A stretch of 64,000 bases of DNA from Felis catus (Eukaryota): contig NC_058368.1 of NCBI RefSeq assembly GCF_018350175.1, forward strand, positions 45,634,001 through 45,698,000, in the 5' to 3' direction. The translations under genes and the position numbers were made by a program. Within the stretch, counting starts at the first letter, position 1, and every line of letters begins with the position of its first letter. The notes beneath the pieces were generated by a model. The model did no database searches and was not told where the DNA came from. It was given only the letters and a program-made list of their open reading frames with translations. This document shows positions 1 through 12,188 of this stretch, piece after piece.

Positions 1-281
1 GTTAAATAAAGTAAGATCTCATAACATCTACTCTGCCTGTTTGCGAGTAAAGGGACTCATTCTTTTGTGATTTTCTTCTCTGCAACACAACTTAATGTGC
101 TATATAGTAATGTAGGATTTTGACACACAATAAATCATACATTTTATGATTAGGGAGGAAAATTTTGATCACACAAAACATAATAAAGTAATCTTCATGT
201 CAACCAACACATTTTAAATAATATCTTTGTTTTCCGTTGGCTATTCTATTTTGATGACAGACCACCAAAAAGAATGTTGTT

Positions 282-490
282 GGGGCGCCTGGGTGGCTCA
301 GTTGGTTAAGCACCAACTTCAGCTCAGGTCATGATCTTGTGGTTTGTGAGTTCCGGCCCTGCATCAGGCTCTGTGCTGACAGCACGGAGCCTGGAACCTG
401 CTTCAGATTCTTTATCTTCCTCTCTTTCTGCCCCTCCCCCGCTAGCGCTTGCTCACTCTCTCTCAAAAATAAACAAGCATTAAAAAAAAA
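282..490 (+). mobile_element. Can-SINE (SINEC, felid type)
   Basis: GGGGCGCCTGGGTGGCTCAG head, B-box region, CT-rich linker, A tail; degenerate TSD aaaagaat. Confidence 0.97.
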
Positions 491-624
491 GAATTGTGAT
501 TGAGAGAGTGTTTATTTTAATAATAAACAGAAGAATGTCATGTCCAGTTACTTGCTTTGTGTTATATATCTTCTTCTTGGATTAATTTCTACAAGGCTTT
601 CATAATTACTAATAAGAATATTAA

Positions 625-828
625 ATTTTTTTAAGGTTTTTATTTATTTTTGAAGGACAGAGAGAGCATGGGCGTGGGAGGAGCAGAGAGAGACACACAA
701 AATTTGAAGCAGGCTCCAGGCTCTAAGCCGTCAGCACAGAGCCCAATGCAGAGCTCGAACCCACCATCTGTGAGATCATGACCTGAGCCAAGCCCAACGC
801 TCAACCGACTGAGCCACCCAGGCGCCCC
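625..828 (-). mobile_element. Can-SINE
   Basis: Ends CTGAGCCACCCAGGCGCCCC on +; T-rich tail at left; TSD-like aagaatatt/aagagtatt. Confidence 0.97.
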
Positions 829-934
829 AAGAGTATTTATTAAAGTTTATTCTACCCACATGCATTGTGCAATTATTGCACCAATATAAAAAGAAAAAAT
901 TCACTCCTTTACTTACAAGCTTGCACTAGCTCCC

Positions 935-1286
935 TGCTATGGCCTGAATGTCTGTGTTCCCACCAAATTCATTCGTTGAAATGTTAAACCTGGAAATGAT
1001 GGTAATAAGAGGCAGGGTCTTTGGGATATGATTATATCATGAAGGCAGAGACCTCATGAGTGAGAGTAGTGCCTTTATAAAAGGGATCCTGGAGAGGTCT
1101 CTGCCTTATCCACAACATGAGAACCCAGTGGGAAGGTACCATCTATGAGGAAGCATGCCCTTACCAGACAGAGAATCTGCTGGTCCCAAGATACTGGACT
1201 TCCTAGTTTCTAGGACTTTGATAAATAAATATTTATAAGGTGCTCAGTATAGGGTATTTGTTACAGCAGCCCAAACAGCCTAAGGC
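935..1286 (+). mobile_element. MaLR solo LTR (MLT1A-like)
   Basis: Begins TGCTATGGCCTGAATGTCTGTGTTCC and ends TTTGTTACAGCAGCCCAAACAGCCTAAGGC, both typical MLT1A termini. Confidence 0.85.
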
Positions 1287-1299
1287 GTTCTCCATTCAC

Positions 1300-1441
1300 T
1301 TATTTTGACAGAGAATGCCAAGCAGGATCTGCACTGTCAGTGCAGACCCCATGAAGGACTTGATCTCACAAACTGTTAGATCATGACCTGAGCCAAAACC
1401 AAGAGTTGGAGGCTTAACTGACTGAGCCACCCAGGCTCCCC
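1300..1441 (-). mobile_element. Can-SINE, shortened linker
   Basis: GATCATGACCTGAGCCAAAACCAAGAGTTGG...GAGCCACCCAGGCTCCCC. Confidence 0.93.
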
Positions 1442-1733
1442 TTATAAAGCACTTTAAAATTTGTACCACTACTAATAAACTAACTACACTGAACGGCTTA
1501 GTCACCCTCTCTCCAAAGTCATTGCATATGAACATGCTACTTCTTATTCCTGGAAGTCCCTCCTCCCTAAAAGTTTTCTCTACTTAGATAACTACTTTTT
1601 TTTTTTTCCCTTCTTTTCAGTAACAAATCAACGCAGTGCCACAGAAGTTTCCACAACCACTAATCCTCCATCCTCTGTATTTAGATACTCTTTCAATATC
1701 TTCTACAGTACCTCTGTTAGTACATGTTTCCAC

Positions 1734-1735
<2 letters not shown>

Positions 1736-1772
<37 letters not shown>
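1736..1772. repeat. (TG)n microsatellite
   Basis: About 18 uninterrupted TG units. Confidence 0.98.
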
Positions 1773-1774
<2 letters not shown>

Positions 1775-2045
1775 CTGTCTCATCATTAGACATTATGTTA
1801 CTTCGGAAAGGGACTAAGCCATCCATCTATACATTGCTACCTTCTAATCGAAGCATGTAAAAGATACACAATTCATATTCATTCATTAATGACTAAATAG
1901 AAGAAATAAATTTTAACTACTAATGTTAACACAATTAAAGAGATTTATCCATTCATTTCAAATAATAGTGTGGGTTTCTACCATGTTCCAGATAAATGTC
2001 CTGACAATTCCCAGGGAAATTATTGAAATAAGACTGAGTTTTTGT

Positions 2046-2249
2046 GGGGCACCTGGGTGACTCAGTGAGTGGTTAAGCATCTGACTTTGGCTCAGGTCAT
2101 GATATCGCAGTTCATGGGCTCAAGCCCTGTGTCAGGCTGTGCACTGACAGCCTGTTTTGAATTCTGTGTCTCCCTCCTCTATGCCCCTTCCCCACTTGCA
2201 CTCTCTGTCTCTCTCTCTCTCTCTCAAAAATAAACAACAATAACAAAAA
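2046..2249 (+). mobile_element. Can-SINE
   Basis: GGGGCACCTGGGTGACTCAG head; TSD aagactg(a/g)gtttttgt on both sides. Confidence 0.96.
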
Positions 2250-2412
2250 GACTGGGTTTTTGTAACTTTGCCTTCTAGAGAAGTAATTCACAGTCTAGAT
2301 TTTGCTTTTTGGCATTTAAAATCTAAGCAAGAAATGAGGAAATAATAAAACGCATGTTAAAAATGCAACTTGAAAAAACATTATATCTTTTAATATCAAT
2401 ATTAAAAAAATA

Positions 2413-2632
2413 GGGGCGCCTGGGTGGCGCAGTCGGTAAGCGCCCGACTTCAGCCAGGTAACGATCTCGCGGTCCGTGAGTTCGAGCCCCGCGTCGGGCT
2501 CTGGGCTGATGGCTCAGAGCCTGGAGCCTGTTTCCGATTCTGTGTCTCCCTCTCTCTCTGACCCTCCCCCGTTCATGCTCTGTCTCTCTCTGTCCCAAAA
2601 ATAAATAAACGTTAAAAAAAATTAAAAAAAAT
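2413..2632 (+). mobile_element. Young SINEC_Fc-type SINE
   Basis: Diagnostic GTGGCGCAGTCGG, CAGCCAGG, TGGGCTGATGGCTCAGAGCCTGGAGCCTGTTTCCG; CpGs retained. Confidence 0.97.
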
Positions 2633-2869
2633 AAATGTTTTATTGCCTTTATTTTCACCTTTTGATGGAGATGGATGGGACTCTTAACATATATGCTGTG
2701 TAGTTTATAAATGCTAGTGTATTTATTTGATACTCATAATAATCCAGCAGGGTATAACATCTGCAAGTCTAAGTTTATGCTCTAAGCCACTAACTGTACT
2801 CATTCCAAACTTTTAGGCAACAAACTATTAAGTGTTTAAAAATATTTGCTTTATACATGTTATGTTGTT

Positions 2870-2975
2870 TACCACTCACATTAAGTCTGCAATAGTGTAT
2901 TGCCACCGTTTTACAAATGAAAATGACTTGCTCAAGGTCACATCCTTCAAATGCCAGAGTTTGGATCTCATCCCC
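2870..2975 (-). mobile_element. MIR fragment
   Basis: CCGTTTTACAAATGAAAATGACTTGCTCAAGGTCACA resembles the MIR core. Confidence 0.6.
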
Positions 2976-4554
2976 TCACATTAATCTATTCGGTTTGAAT
3001 TTGTATAAATTTTATTTGTAAAAATCCTTCTATAAGTGACATATCTTCTCATTTATAATTTCCAGTTTTGGAGACTTTAAATCTCTCTCACTTGGCAACT
3101 GGCAAAATTCTCTCAACATACAAATCACTCTTTCAAGGCATAATTTGAAAAAAAAAAAAAAAAAGAATCATTAATTGGTAATAGAAAAGGAAAATTAAAC
3201 TTATAATTAAATAGAAATAGAGACGTTTACTTTTTTTCTTATGTGTTGTTTTATTTGTCATAGAAGTGTGAGAAATAAGGTAATTGTCAATATAAATCCT
3301 GAATCTTGGAAGGAAATAATTAGAAAGGACTAGAGAGGACATAAAAAGAAAATTTATATATAGTAATTTACCCATCTGTTCTGTCATTTTCTAAAAAACA
3401 AACAAACAAACAAAAACAAAAAAACCCAGAAATTTCATTCAAGTGGTAGTAATAGCCCTTTTTTATACTTGTTAACCAGATTGGACAAACCTTTCCAGCA
3501 ATTAGAACAATGTAGAAACAGAAAAAAAATCACCTGAAAAATTACATTTAAAAAAGCATATATTATGCCAGTTAAACAGAATAGCTCTAAAATTATTTAA
3601 GATTTGTTGTCTGCAGCAAATACATCATGCTTAGTCTCACTTTCTCTTTTGTTTTAACTCAGATATTGCATTCACCGGTTATTTCCTATTCACTTAAATT
3701 AGGAGCACAGGTGCAGGGGTTTCTATGACAGTTAAATGGATGAGTTACAATATCAGTAAGAAAAATATCTGGACATTATGATAAATGCTTTTATAATTCC
3801 TCGGTTAAAGGAAATAATTTACCTTCTGAACAATATCCTTATTACCCTGGAGTTCCTTGAATTTAGGTGGGAACTATGGTCAATTACTGTACTTTCCATG
3901 GATCTTCAGCCTACTGACTGACAGATGTAAAATTCTTCATAAATGTGAAACAATTAAAGATGCTAAATGGTATGCAATTGTTGGAACTTCATTTATAATG
4001 TAATGAATGGGACAGGTGAAAAAAAACTGTACCTCTATTGGAAATATTTTTTGTGTTTGGTATAGCCGTATAAAATATAGATTAAGATTAAACTGAATGT
4101 TTTCACTTTGGCAATTAGATGAAAACACTTTTTTTCAATGAAAATATTCAGTAATAATATTACACATTGATTCGTGTTGAATAAAATACATAAGTGAAAG
4201 TAGGGTTTTTACACAGACGGTATCTTATATTTCATACAGAGGTCTAAAGAGTAAACACACAGAAAATATTCTTAATCTAATCACTTCTTTCTCTCTTACA
4301 CAAACTGTGCATTTTGAAATCCTTGTAATTATTTAATTCATCACCTTCACAATGATGAGGGCTACTACATCCTTACGAAAGCCACTGTTCATGTGATACC
4401 TTAGGAAGCATGCTTATAGAAGGGAAAATAAATCTGAGAGGCTCCCATCTGTAGAGAACTTTCCTCTGATCATAGCTTGGGATAGAATTATGTTTTCAAA
4501 ATTATTACTTATTTTAACTTCCTTCTGTGTCATTTAACTTACCCAAGATTTAAA

Positions 4555-4730
4555 ACTCAGTACCATTCTTCTTCCAGAATAGATCACCCAATAAGCCTCA
4601 ACAAATTCAAGAAGATTAAATTCATACCATGTATCTTTTCTGACCATAAAGCTACGAAACTAGAAGTCAACCACAAGACAAAATCTGGAAAGACTACAAA
4701 CACATGGAAACTAAACAGCAGGCTACAAAA
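4555..4730 (+). mobile_element. L1 ORF2 internal fragment (endonuclease C-terminal region)
   Basis: TCCAGAATAGATCAC...TTTTCTGACCATAAAGCTACGAAACTAGAAGTCAACCACAAG; homologous to 14660-15030 of the long L1 in this window. Confidence 0.85.
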
Positions 4731-7049
4731 TCAGTAGTTTTCTTCAATATTAAATACTAGAATATAAATAATCTAATACCTAATAAAAAAGAGGATATTC
4801 ACACATATAATTAGTTACAATAAAATTCTTGTTTCCAAACTTATAATAATCTCTGTATGAATGCATTTTATTTCTCTGTGAGATAAGATGGAAAAATGTA
4901 TGATTGGTGGTGCTGTTTTTTTTCCAGAGTTGTTCAGAAATAGTGGAAGGAAGTCATGATAATTTACTCTGCATTACAGATACTAGTAAATATCCATAGT
5001 TTCTTCTAAATCACTCCAGAATTTATGGCAAGATATTAAAGACTCAAAAATGAATAAGACAAACTCTTGAGCTAAAATAGTTAAAGAACTGTATTATAAC
5101 AAGATAAGTACTGTTATGTTTAACAACACATTATGGGGCATAATAGGAAGAGTGACTCTGAAAAGGCCCATGAGTTTTTGAAAAAGTTGATATTTGAGAT
5201 GACCATTGCTTGAACCCTAATGGCCACTCTTAGTATCAGTGGCTGGGTGCACTTCAGGTATCATGCAAACAGTATTTAACTTTGTCCTCCAAAAAGGTTC
5301 CATGACCACCTAATCAAATATGTATTTAACATTTACAATATGAAGAGAATAATCAGAATAAAACATGCTCATAAACAATACAGTAACTCCACATAAATGG
5401 TGTAGACAAGTCCTTGAGAGATTTAGCTTAGGAAAACATCACTGTGAACTGAGACCATGGAGAAGATCCCAACAGAAGAGATGATATATAAACACAGCTT
5501 TGGAGTAACAGAACCCAATATTTTGGAAAAGAGAGACAATCTTGCGTTAACAGCTTAGAATCATAAATGATTATAACGTCTTCCCATCACAGTTTAGCTG
5601 AAGTATTTCTGTAAACAGCAGTCGACATGCAATTTGAGATTTAAAGTATTTTATTATGGAAGGTCTCTGTGAATTCAAGGAGATTTCATGGCAATGAGGT
5701 GCTATTGAAAGTTTTTCAGTTTTGAGACGATGGTGATTACATGGACCTTTCTAGACCATAAATCCTGGAACACTACTTTCTCTATTCCTTGGAAGGGTAC
5801 TTGGGAATCAACCCACATTTCTTCTCTTTAAACTACTATTTGCCTTGAGATTCTTCTCTGATCTCCATTGTTAAGTACTACTTCTGAGAATAAATCGAGG
5901 CAAAGTGAGAAACAAGGCATTGTCTCCTGTGGTAATTTGCATTTAAATATATCACAACCTTCCAAGTCCATGGGTCTACTGCTCAAAGGAGGTTCTCTCT
6001 GGCATGCCGTCATTTCTTCATATCAGAATAGGTTTGTTCAAATGAGTGCAACTTAAATATTGTAATTAGATGAAGTTCACCAAAGAATAATTATTCAGCT
6101 TATTGCACTTGTTGGAATTTATGTTTAGAGTTGAATTTTTTTTCCATACTCCATTTCTTAATTTATTCAGATTTCCTATCTTCCCTTTCCTATCTGTTAA
6201 TCATTCATTAGAAACAATGTGACAGTGTTTCTTTCATATCACACTTGCATTGCATATTTGGGTTGTTTTCTTAATTTACAAGTCTTTATCTTATTTCCTG
6301 AATGATTATTCTAGTATGTTCAAGTTGCTTTTGTGTTCTGTCATTAAACATCTGTGTTTCTTTCTTTTTGTTAATGCAATTTTCTCTGGTTGTGGACTTA
6401 CATATTTAGTATTTTATTTTCAATGTCAAGATTTTCTATAAACAATAATGTGACACTTAAGGGAAACATTAAAACATGCCCCTCCCCCTTTTCATTTGTT
6501 TATTCTCCAAGATAGTTCAAAGTTTACTTGCTTTCTCTTTAACAAATTGCAAGTTTGGTTGAACACTATTTATTAAAGGGTAGCTATGTTAAAGGGCACT
6601 ATGTTAAAAGGCTGGCTCCTACCAGACTATAAAGAGAAACCAACAAAATTGATGCATTCTTTATGGGCTAGCACACCTGGAAAACAATTTTGATTTTGAA
6701 TATAAAAGCATATCTAGAGCCAAAAAATATTACATGCCAAATGAAGCATAATGTTTTGAGATAGGCGTTGCTCTATAAGACGTCAACTCTTGTGTTTTAT
6801 TGGAATTTAACGATAATGGTTTAAATAATTTTGTAGAAGAGATAGGAGATTTCTGAAATGAGGGTTTCTCTTATTTCCCTTTCTGAAATGTTTTAAAGGT
6901 CTAAGATTAAATGGAGTATAGAGACAGCCCCATAGATTTTTAATCCAAACAGATTGATATACCCAATACATTTTCCAGTTAGGAGAACTTTCCACTAAGT
7001 CTCATTATTAGAAGGACAATAAAGATGAAAATATATATTGTTATAGTGT

Positions 7050-8560
7050 CTCCCCCAATAACACAACATCTAAAACATCTGCAAATTGCATAATTAAGTA
7101 CAAAAATAGTCTACTCAATGTCTTGATTTGATATTTTGTTTCTATTTCTTCGTGATGCCTAGCAATTGGAAGATGACTGTCATTGCAGAAATTTGCTAAT
7201 AAGCATAGTGTCTTTGTGGAATATCCAAAGTGAAAATTCTTTGTAATGGAGATTTTTATTCTTCTATTAAAGACTATGGCAGCATTGGGTAAATTCTGAC
7301 TGTACTGCATGCAGGTGTAGGCACTCAGGTTTGGTTTGCTGAAGTAGAGCTTTTGTGTGATTTAAAAAAAAAAAAAATCTGCAGGCGCACAACCTCCCAG
7401 GTCTGTGTCTATCTGTATGTGAGGTCACATGCAAAAGCAACAAATCAGTGGATGCCTCTAATGAAACAAATTCAAAAATATAAATACCCAAGCTGCTCTT
7501 AAACAATAATTCTTGCCTACTAAACCATGGAATATTCGAAAAATACATGAAAATCAAAACTGAAATTAGGACAGTAATAAACACTTTAGAGAGACCATAG
7601 GTACCAAAGTCAAATGGTGGTTCTAACACCAACATTAACACGGGCCAATTACATAAAGCCATTTTGAAAGGCTGTTTTTCACCATGTTCCTTCAATTCTT
7701 CGGTCTGCAGTGATGACCAACATCAGATACTATTAAGAAGTCTTCAAGCGTGTAAAATAATATGATTTCACAATGATTACATATTCACTCTACAGCTGGC
7801 TGAAGTTTTTACATCTCCATTTGTCATTGACGATTGTGTCCAATTAAATGATTAGCTTTTAAAAACTGCTGCACATTATGAGAGTGAACTTGTGTTCCAT
7901 TGCACTGAGTGATGCAGAAACAAACTCATTACAGCATGTAATTCACCCATATTAAATAACAAACAGATGGCTGCTGTAAATGAGAGCTCCTTTTTCTCTT
8001 CAAAAGTGCCAGGAAAAAGGTGTTTTTATTTATCTTTGTTTCCAGCTTCTTTCTGTTTTCTTGACAAGTGGGCAGCTGGTTGCTGAGGTTTTCAATTGGT
8101 GCAGAAGAATGAAAAGCCTGTTTCCATTAATTTCCCCATAAAATAAGTCTTTGAATCATTTCTGTTATAAATGCAAGTGCAGTAGCAAGCTGCTGCTTGA
8201 TTAATTCACTTATTATGAAGATTTCATCTTTTATAAGAGGGCCTGCAGGTAATTTATCTTGTTTAGTAAGATTAGAAAAATGTAATTATCTTGATACCTT
8301 TGGACCCCTCTCATTTTAATTGTGTTCCCATAAATTTCAAACATAAAGATGGGAATTTTTTGTGCACAAATGTTCCAACATGTGGTCAAAAAATGTGCTG
8401 TAAGATCTGCATAAAAATTTATCAAGTAAAATACATTAGGACTGTACTATTACAGGAATGAATACAAATAAAGCTAGCACACAATTATGCTAGTGTGTAC
8501 AAACAAATATCTGCATTTCTGGTTCCCTAGTCATCTCACAGCTGGGGTGAGGTAAAGGGT
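7050..8560. promoter_or_regulatory. Candidate conserved non-coding element / enhancer
   Basis: No recognisable repeat; AACAGATGGC (7962-7971), CAGCTG E-boxes near 7793, 8073 and 8539, many TAAT/ATTA cores. Motif evidence only. Confidence 0.4.
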
Positions 8561-11500
8561 TTGGGATTTGTTAAAAACACTTTTTCCCCTTTTTTATCAA
8601 GCATAAATGTCACCAGGGAAATGAAGAAATCTGTCTTATTTACACTAATAAAATTAAAATTGTGTCTGTCTTCAAGTGTTCTAAACTCAAAAGAATTGAC
8701 TAGTGAGTGTATATCGCATGTACTCTTTCCATCACTTTCATTATATTTCTTAACATCTTTGGGAATTTGGATACATCTGTGATTTGATCATGAAAATCCA
8801 ATTTGATTTATTTGTTCTTAAACACTAAGACTGGGAAGAGAACTATTCCATTCCATTTCCCTATGTAACTGCAGATATTCAGTCTTGGAGGAAACATGCT
8901 CTCAGCTTGGCAGAATTTTCTCTTTCTCTGCTCTTTCCTTCGGTTCTCTAACTGGCATTTGAAAAACTTTTATTTCACTCCATTCATAGTGTTTAATGTG
9001 CTTTTATAGATTTTAAAATATACCATGGTTATGTACTTAGTTACTACTTATTACTCTAAGTGTATATTTCTCTTCCGCCTGGACTCATTGTCCCGGAAGA
9101 AGGAAATCAAAAATATTGTACTGTTACGGAGTTGTCTAGTCTATCTCTATGGCTTTAGACCAGAAAGCATTGCATCCTTTATAGTCTGCAGAATGGCCAC
9201 AAACAGGTCAAATGCTTGTTTTATTAAATTCTATAAGGTCTGTGCTCAGTCAGACAAGCAACAAGATACAATTGGGGTACACTGAGTATTGCTATATAAG
9301 GAACAGATTTATAATTAAAAAGATGTATAGTGGGATTTCTAGCATACATTTCTACTTTTAAACATAACATATTTCAATCAAATTATACAGCTTGCAAAAG
9401 TGAATGAAAATAATGTGACAGGAAAACATATGTTATTGGTACAAACTGGTTGCATGTTTGCATGTTCATCTTTTACCTTTGTGATTTATTCTTTTTATGA
9501 ATATAGTTGCTGTCTCTAAATATATCTGCCTCTAGGGCTCTGTGCCAAAAAATTACGGATTGTGAATACTTGTGTATTATTTTCTTATCGATGTTATGAA
9601 CACATACTAAAAATGGATTATGCATAAGTCTCAGTGTTGGGAATGAAGAATCTCCTTTTATTAGACATGTGGTTTCCTGCACCTTATTCTCCACATCTGC
9701 TATCTTAGCTGTGAATGCTGTGCCTGTTCTACCAGCCCAATTGATTTTGTGAGCAAATACAGCACTTTGATAAATGAATCAGTTTAATTACCTTTCTTTA
9801 CCCTAAATATCTCAAAACTCTAAATATTTGGTGTTAAACTTCTATAATGCTACTGATCATGGTAATACAATTTATTATTATTCATAACACTGATAAGACA
9901 AAAGACCTCAGCAGTTTTTAAAGGGTAATTGTCAGGCTAATACATCTGCTATAATTCTTTAGACTGTTATAATAATAATGGGAGGAATTACAATCTTAAT
10001 AAGTGTTTTATCTTCTCTTTTGATAGTTGGTAGAGATGGAGTGTTATCTTAGCATTTTCCTCTAGCTTGTCCTCTAGAAACTGGGACCCATCTAAGTCTC
10101 CTCTTCAGCTGTCTTCTTACATCATTACTTAATGCTGGTTAATACCAACGTTGGTATTGGTTTATAGCTTTGTTTAGAAATTTCTATGAAGGAAGTTGGA
10201 CTATTTTTTAAGACTCTCAGAACTTCTTTTTGATTGACATAGAAATAAGTACAGGGACACACCTGAGACTCACTTTTAATTCGGAACAGGCAACTAAAAA
10301 AAAACCAACAACAAAAAACAAGCCAGTGATTCACTACCTAGCTGTAAATATTATTGTGACCCTCCTATGTCCTTAGGGTTATTGCATAAAATGAAGTATA
10401 ATTTTAAGGAGAATGGAGAAGAAAGTTCTATCACTGAGGAAAGAAACTTGAACAAAACTGACCCACTGGCTCAGGAGATTTCTGACATTTCAATGAGCTA
10501 AGATCTCAAAATCTCAAATTGCAATTATATATGAAATCTCAATTTGTTTTGGATTTGAGCTAATGAGCTTGGAATAAGTTGCAAAACTTATTTTTTTAAA
10601 GAAGAAAAACAAAACAACAGAACTTCTGGGGAATATGGCAGAGAAGGAGGACCCTAAGCTCACCTCCTAATACGGATAAAACTAGATAACACTCACATCA
10701 GTGTAAATACCCCAGAAAATGACCCAAAGACTGGAAGAACCAGCTTTCCACAGCTAAATGTAGAGAAGAAGCCCCATTGAAGAGGGTAGGAAGGAAGCAG
10801 ATGTGGTCGAGAGCCAAAGGAACACATGGGACTGTCCATGGGGGGGAGAAAGACATGGCAGGCACAAAGAGAGGTAAGGAGCAGACTCTACCCCAACCAC
10901 CCCAGGCACAGGGGACCTACACTGAGAAGACTAATCCTCATAACATTTGCCTTTGTAAATAAGAGGGGGCTAACTTTGCTACTTCTTACAATCAGTGGAG
11001 CTTAACACCTAGAATGTTAAAAACCAGTCAACTCATCTCTGGGAGAGCAGGGAGGAGGAAAATTGAATCTCCACTCTTAAAGGGACATCAGAACAAACAA
11101 CCCTGAGGAGATACAGCATAGAAGCAGCAGTTTGAAAAACACGGAAAGAGATTTATTTACCTACCTCAGAGTGTGTGCTGAATGGGCAGAGATCTCTGGG
11201 AAACTTCTCCAAGAACAAAAGATCTAACAGGCACCATTTCCTTTCCCCACCCCCCAGCCTAAAAACATGGACGACTGCAGAAAACAGCACCACCCCAACT
11301 CTCCACCCAACTTGCTAATAGCACACATTGCCCCTGCATGCTTCAGCAGATCTACTCCCTCCATCTGGCCTGAACAAAGTTTTCCCAAGTGGCTGCAGGC
11401 CTCTCTCCCAAAGCAGAAAAGCAAGGACAATGCTAGCACTGTGAATACCACTGCCATGCCTTTCTGCAGTTTCCTACCCATCCAATCCAGCCAGTATATG

Positions 11501-12188
11501 AAGTAGTTTTCACAGACAGATGCAGGTCTTCTCCCACAGTGGACCAGCATAGACTTTGCTGACACTGTATGCCCCACCCCTATTCTTTTGGGGACCTGCC
11601 CCCTCAAGTACATATTTGGCCTGAGTCCATCCAAAGTTGTGCCACAAGCCTGGCAGTATGCAAGCAGCTCCAACAGGGGCCAGCACCACTCCAAAGAGTG
11701 TCCTGCACCAGAGAGAGGGGAAGATAATCATACACACCAGTTGGATGGAAGCCCCAGCAGTGAGCTAGGGCTAGACATCTGCTCTAACTATAGGCCCTAC
11801 CTACCAACCAAAGTTTCTCAGGGGACGACACAGGGAAAGGGTGCTGCAGTTTTGTGCTACTGCATCTCTGGCAAATGCCTGGTCTGACTCACTTCAAGTC
11901 CAAGGTAGCCCCAGATGGCTCACTAACAACATAGTGACCAAACCTGCCCACAACAGGCAAAGGGAGCCATTTCAGATGACTGGACAAATGCCAAGCACAA
12001 CTCAGCCACAACAATAAGGTGCACGCCACACACATAATGAGACACCCAGCAGCACCAGGATCCAATGGACAGGGGACATTGCACTGGAGGGCACTACAGA
12101 ACCTCTTTTTCCTAAGGCCCCTACTTTCAAGGGAAAGAGACCTAGCTGACTTCCTTCACACAGGAAGAGACACAGAGAGTTAGACAAA

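Noticed and set aside
282..360. tRNA-like A/B box sequences
   Set aside because: These are tRNA-derived SINE heads continuing into SINE bodies; no standalone tRNA gene was seen
867..881. Palindrome GTGCAATTATTGCAC
   Set aside because: Single 7-bp arms are expected by chance in 64 kb
1617..1860. ORFs with THTHTH / CVCVCV runs
   Set aside because: Translation of the (TG)n microsatellite
2323..2658. Recurrent ORF family 'NVYLFLGQRETEHERGRGRERGRHRIGNRLQAL' (also 26368, 29922, 34016, 43017, 51180)
   Set aside because: It is the antisense translation of young SINEs, not a gene family
7267..7695. 142-aa ORF on the - strand in unique DNA
   Set aside because: Non-ATG start, crosses a homopolymer (FFFF), no recognisable domain; the region is better explained as non-coding
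11224..11887. Cluster of 75-156-aa ORFs
   Set aside because: They fall in the GC-richer L1 5'UTR, where stops are rarer; no known protein similarity
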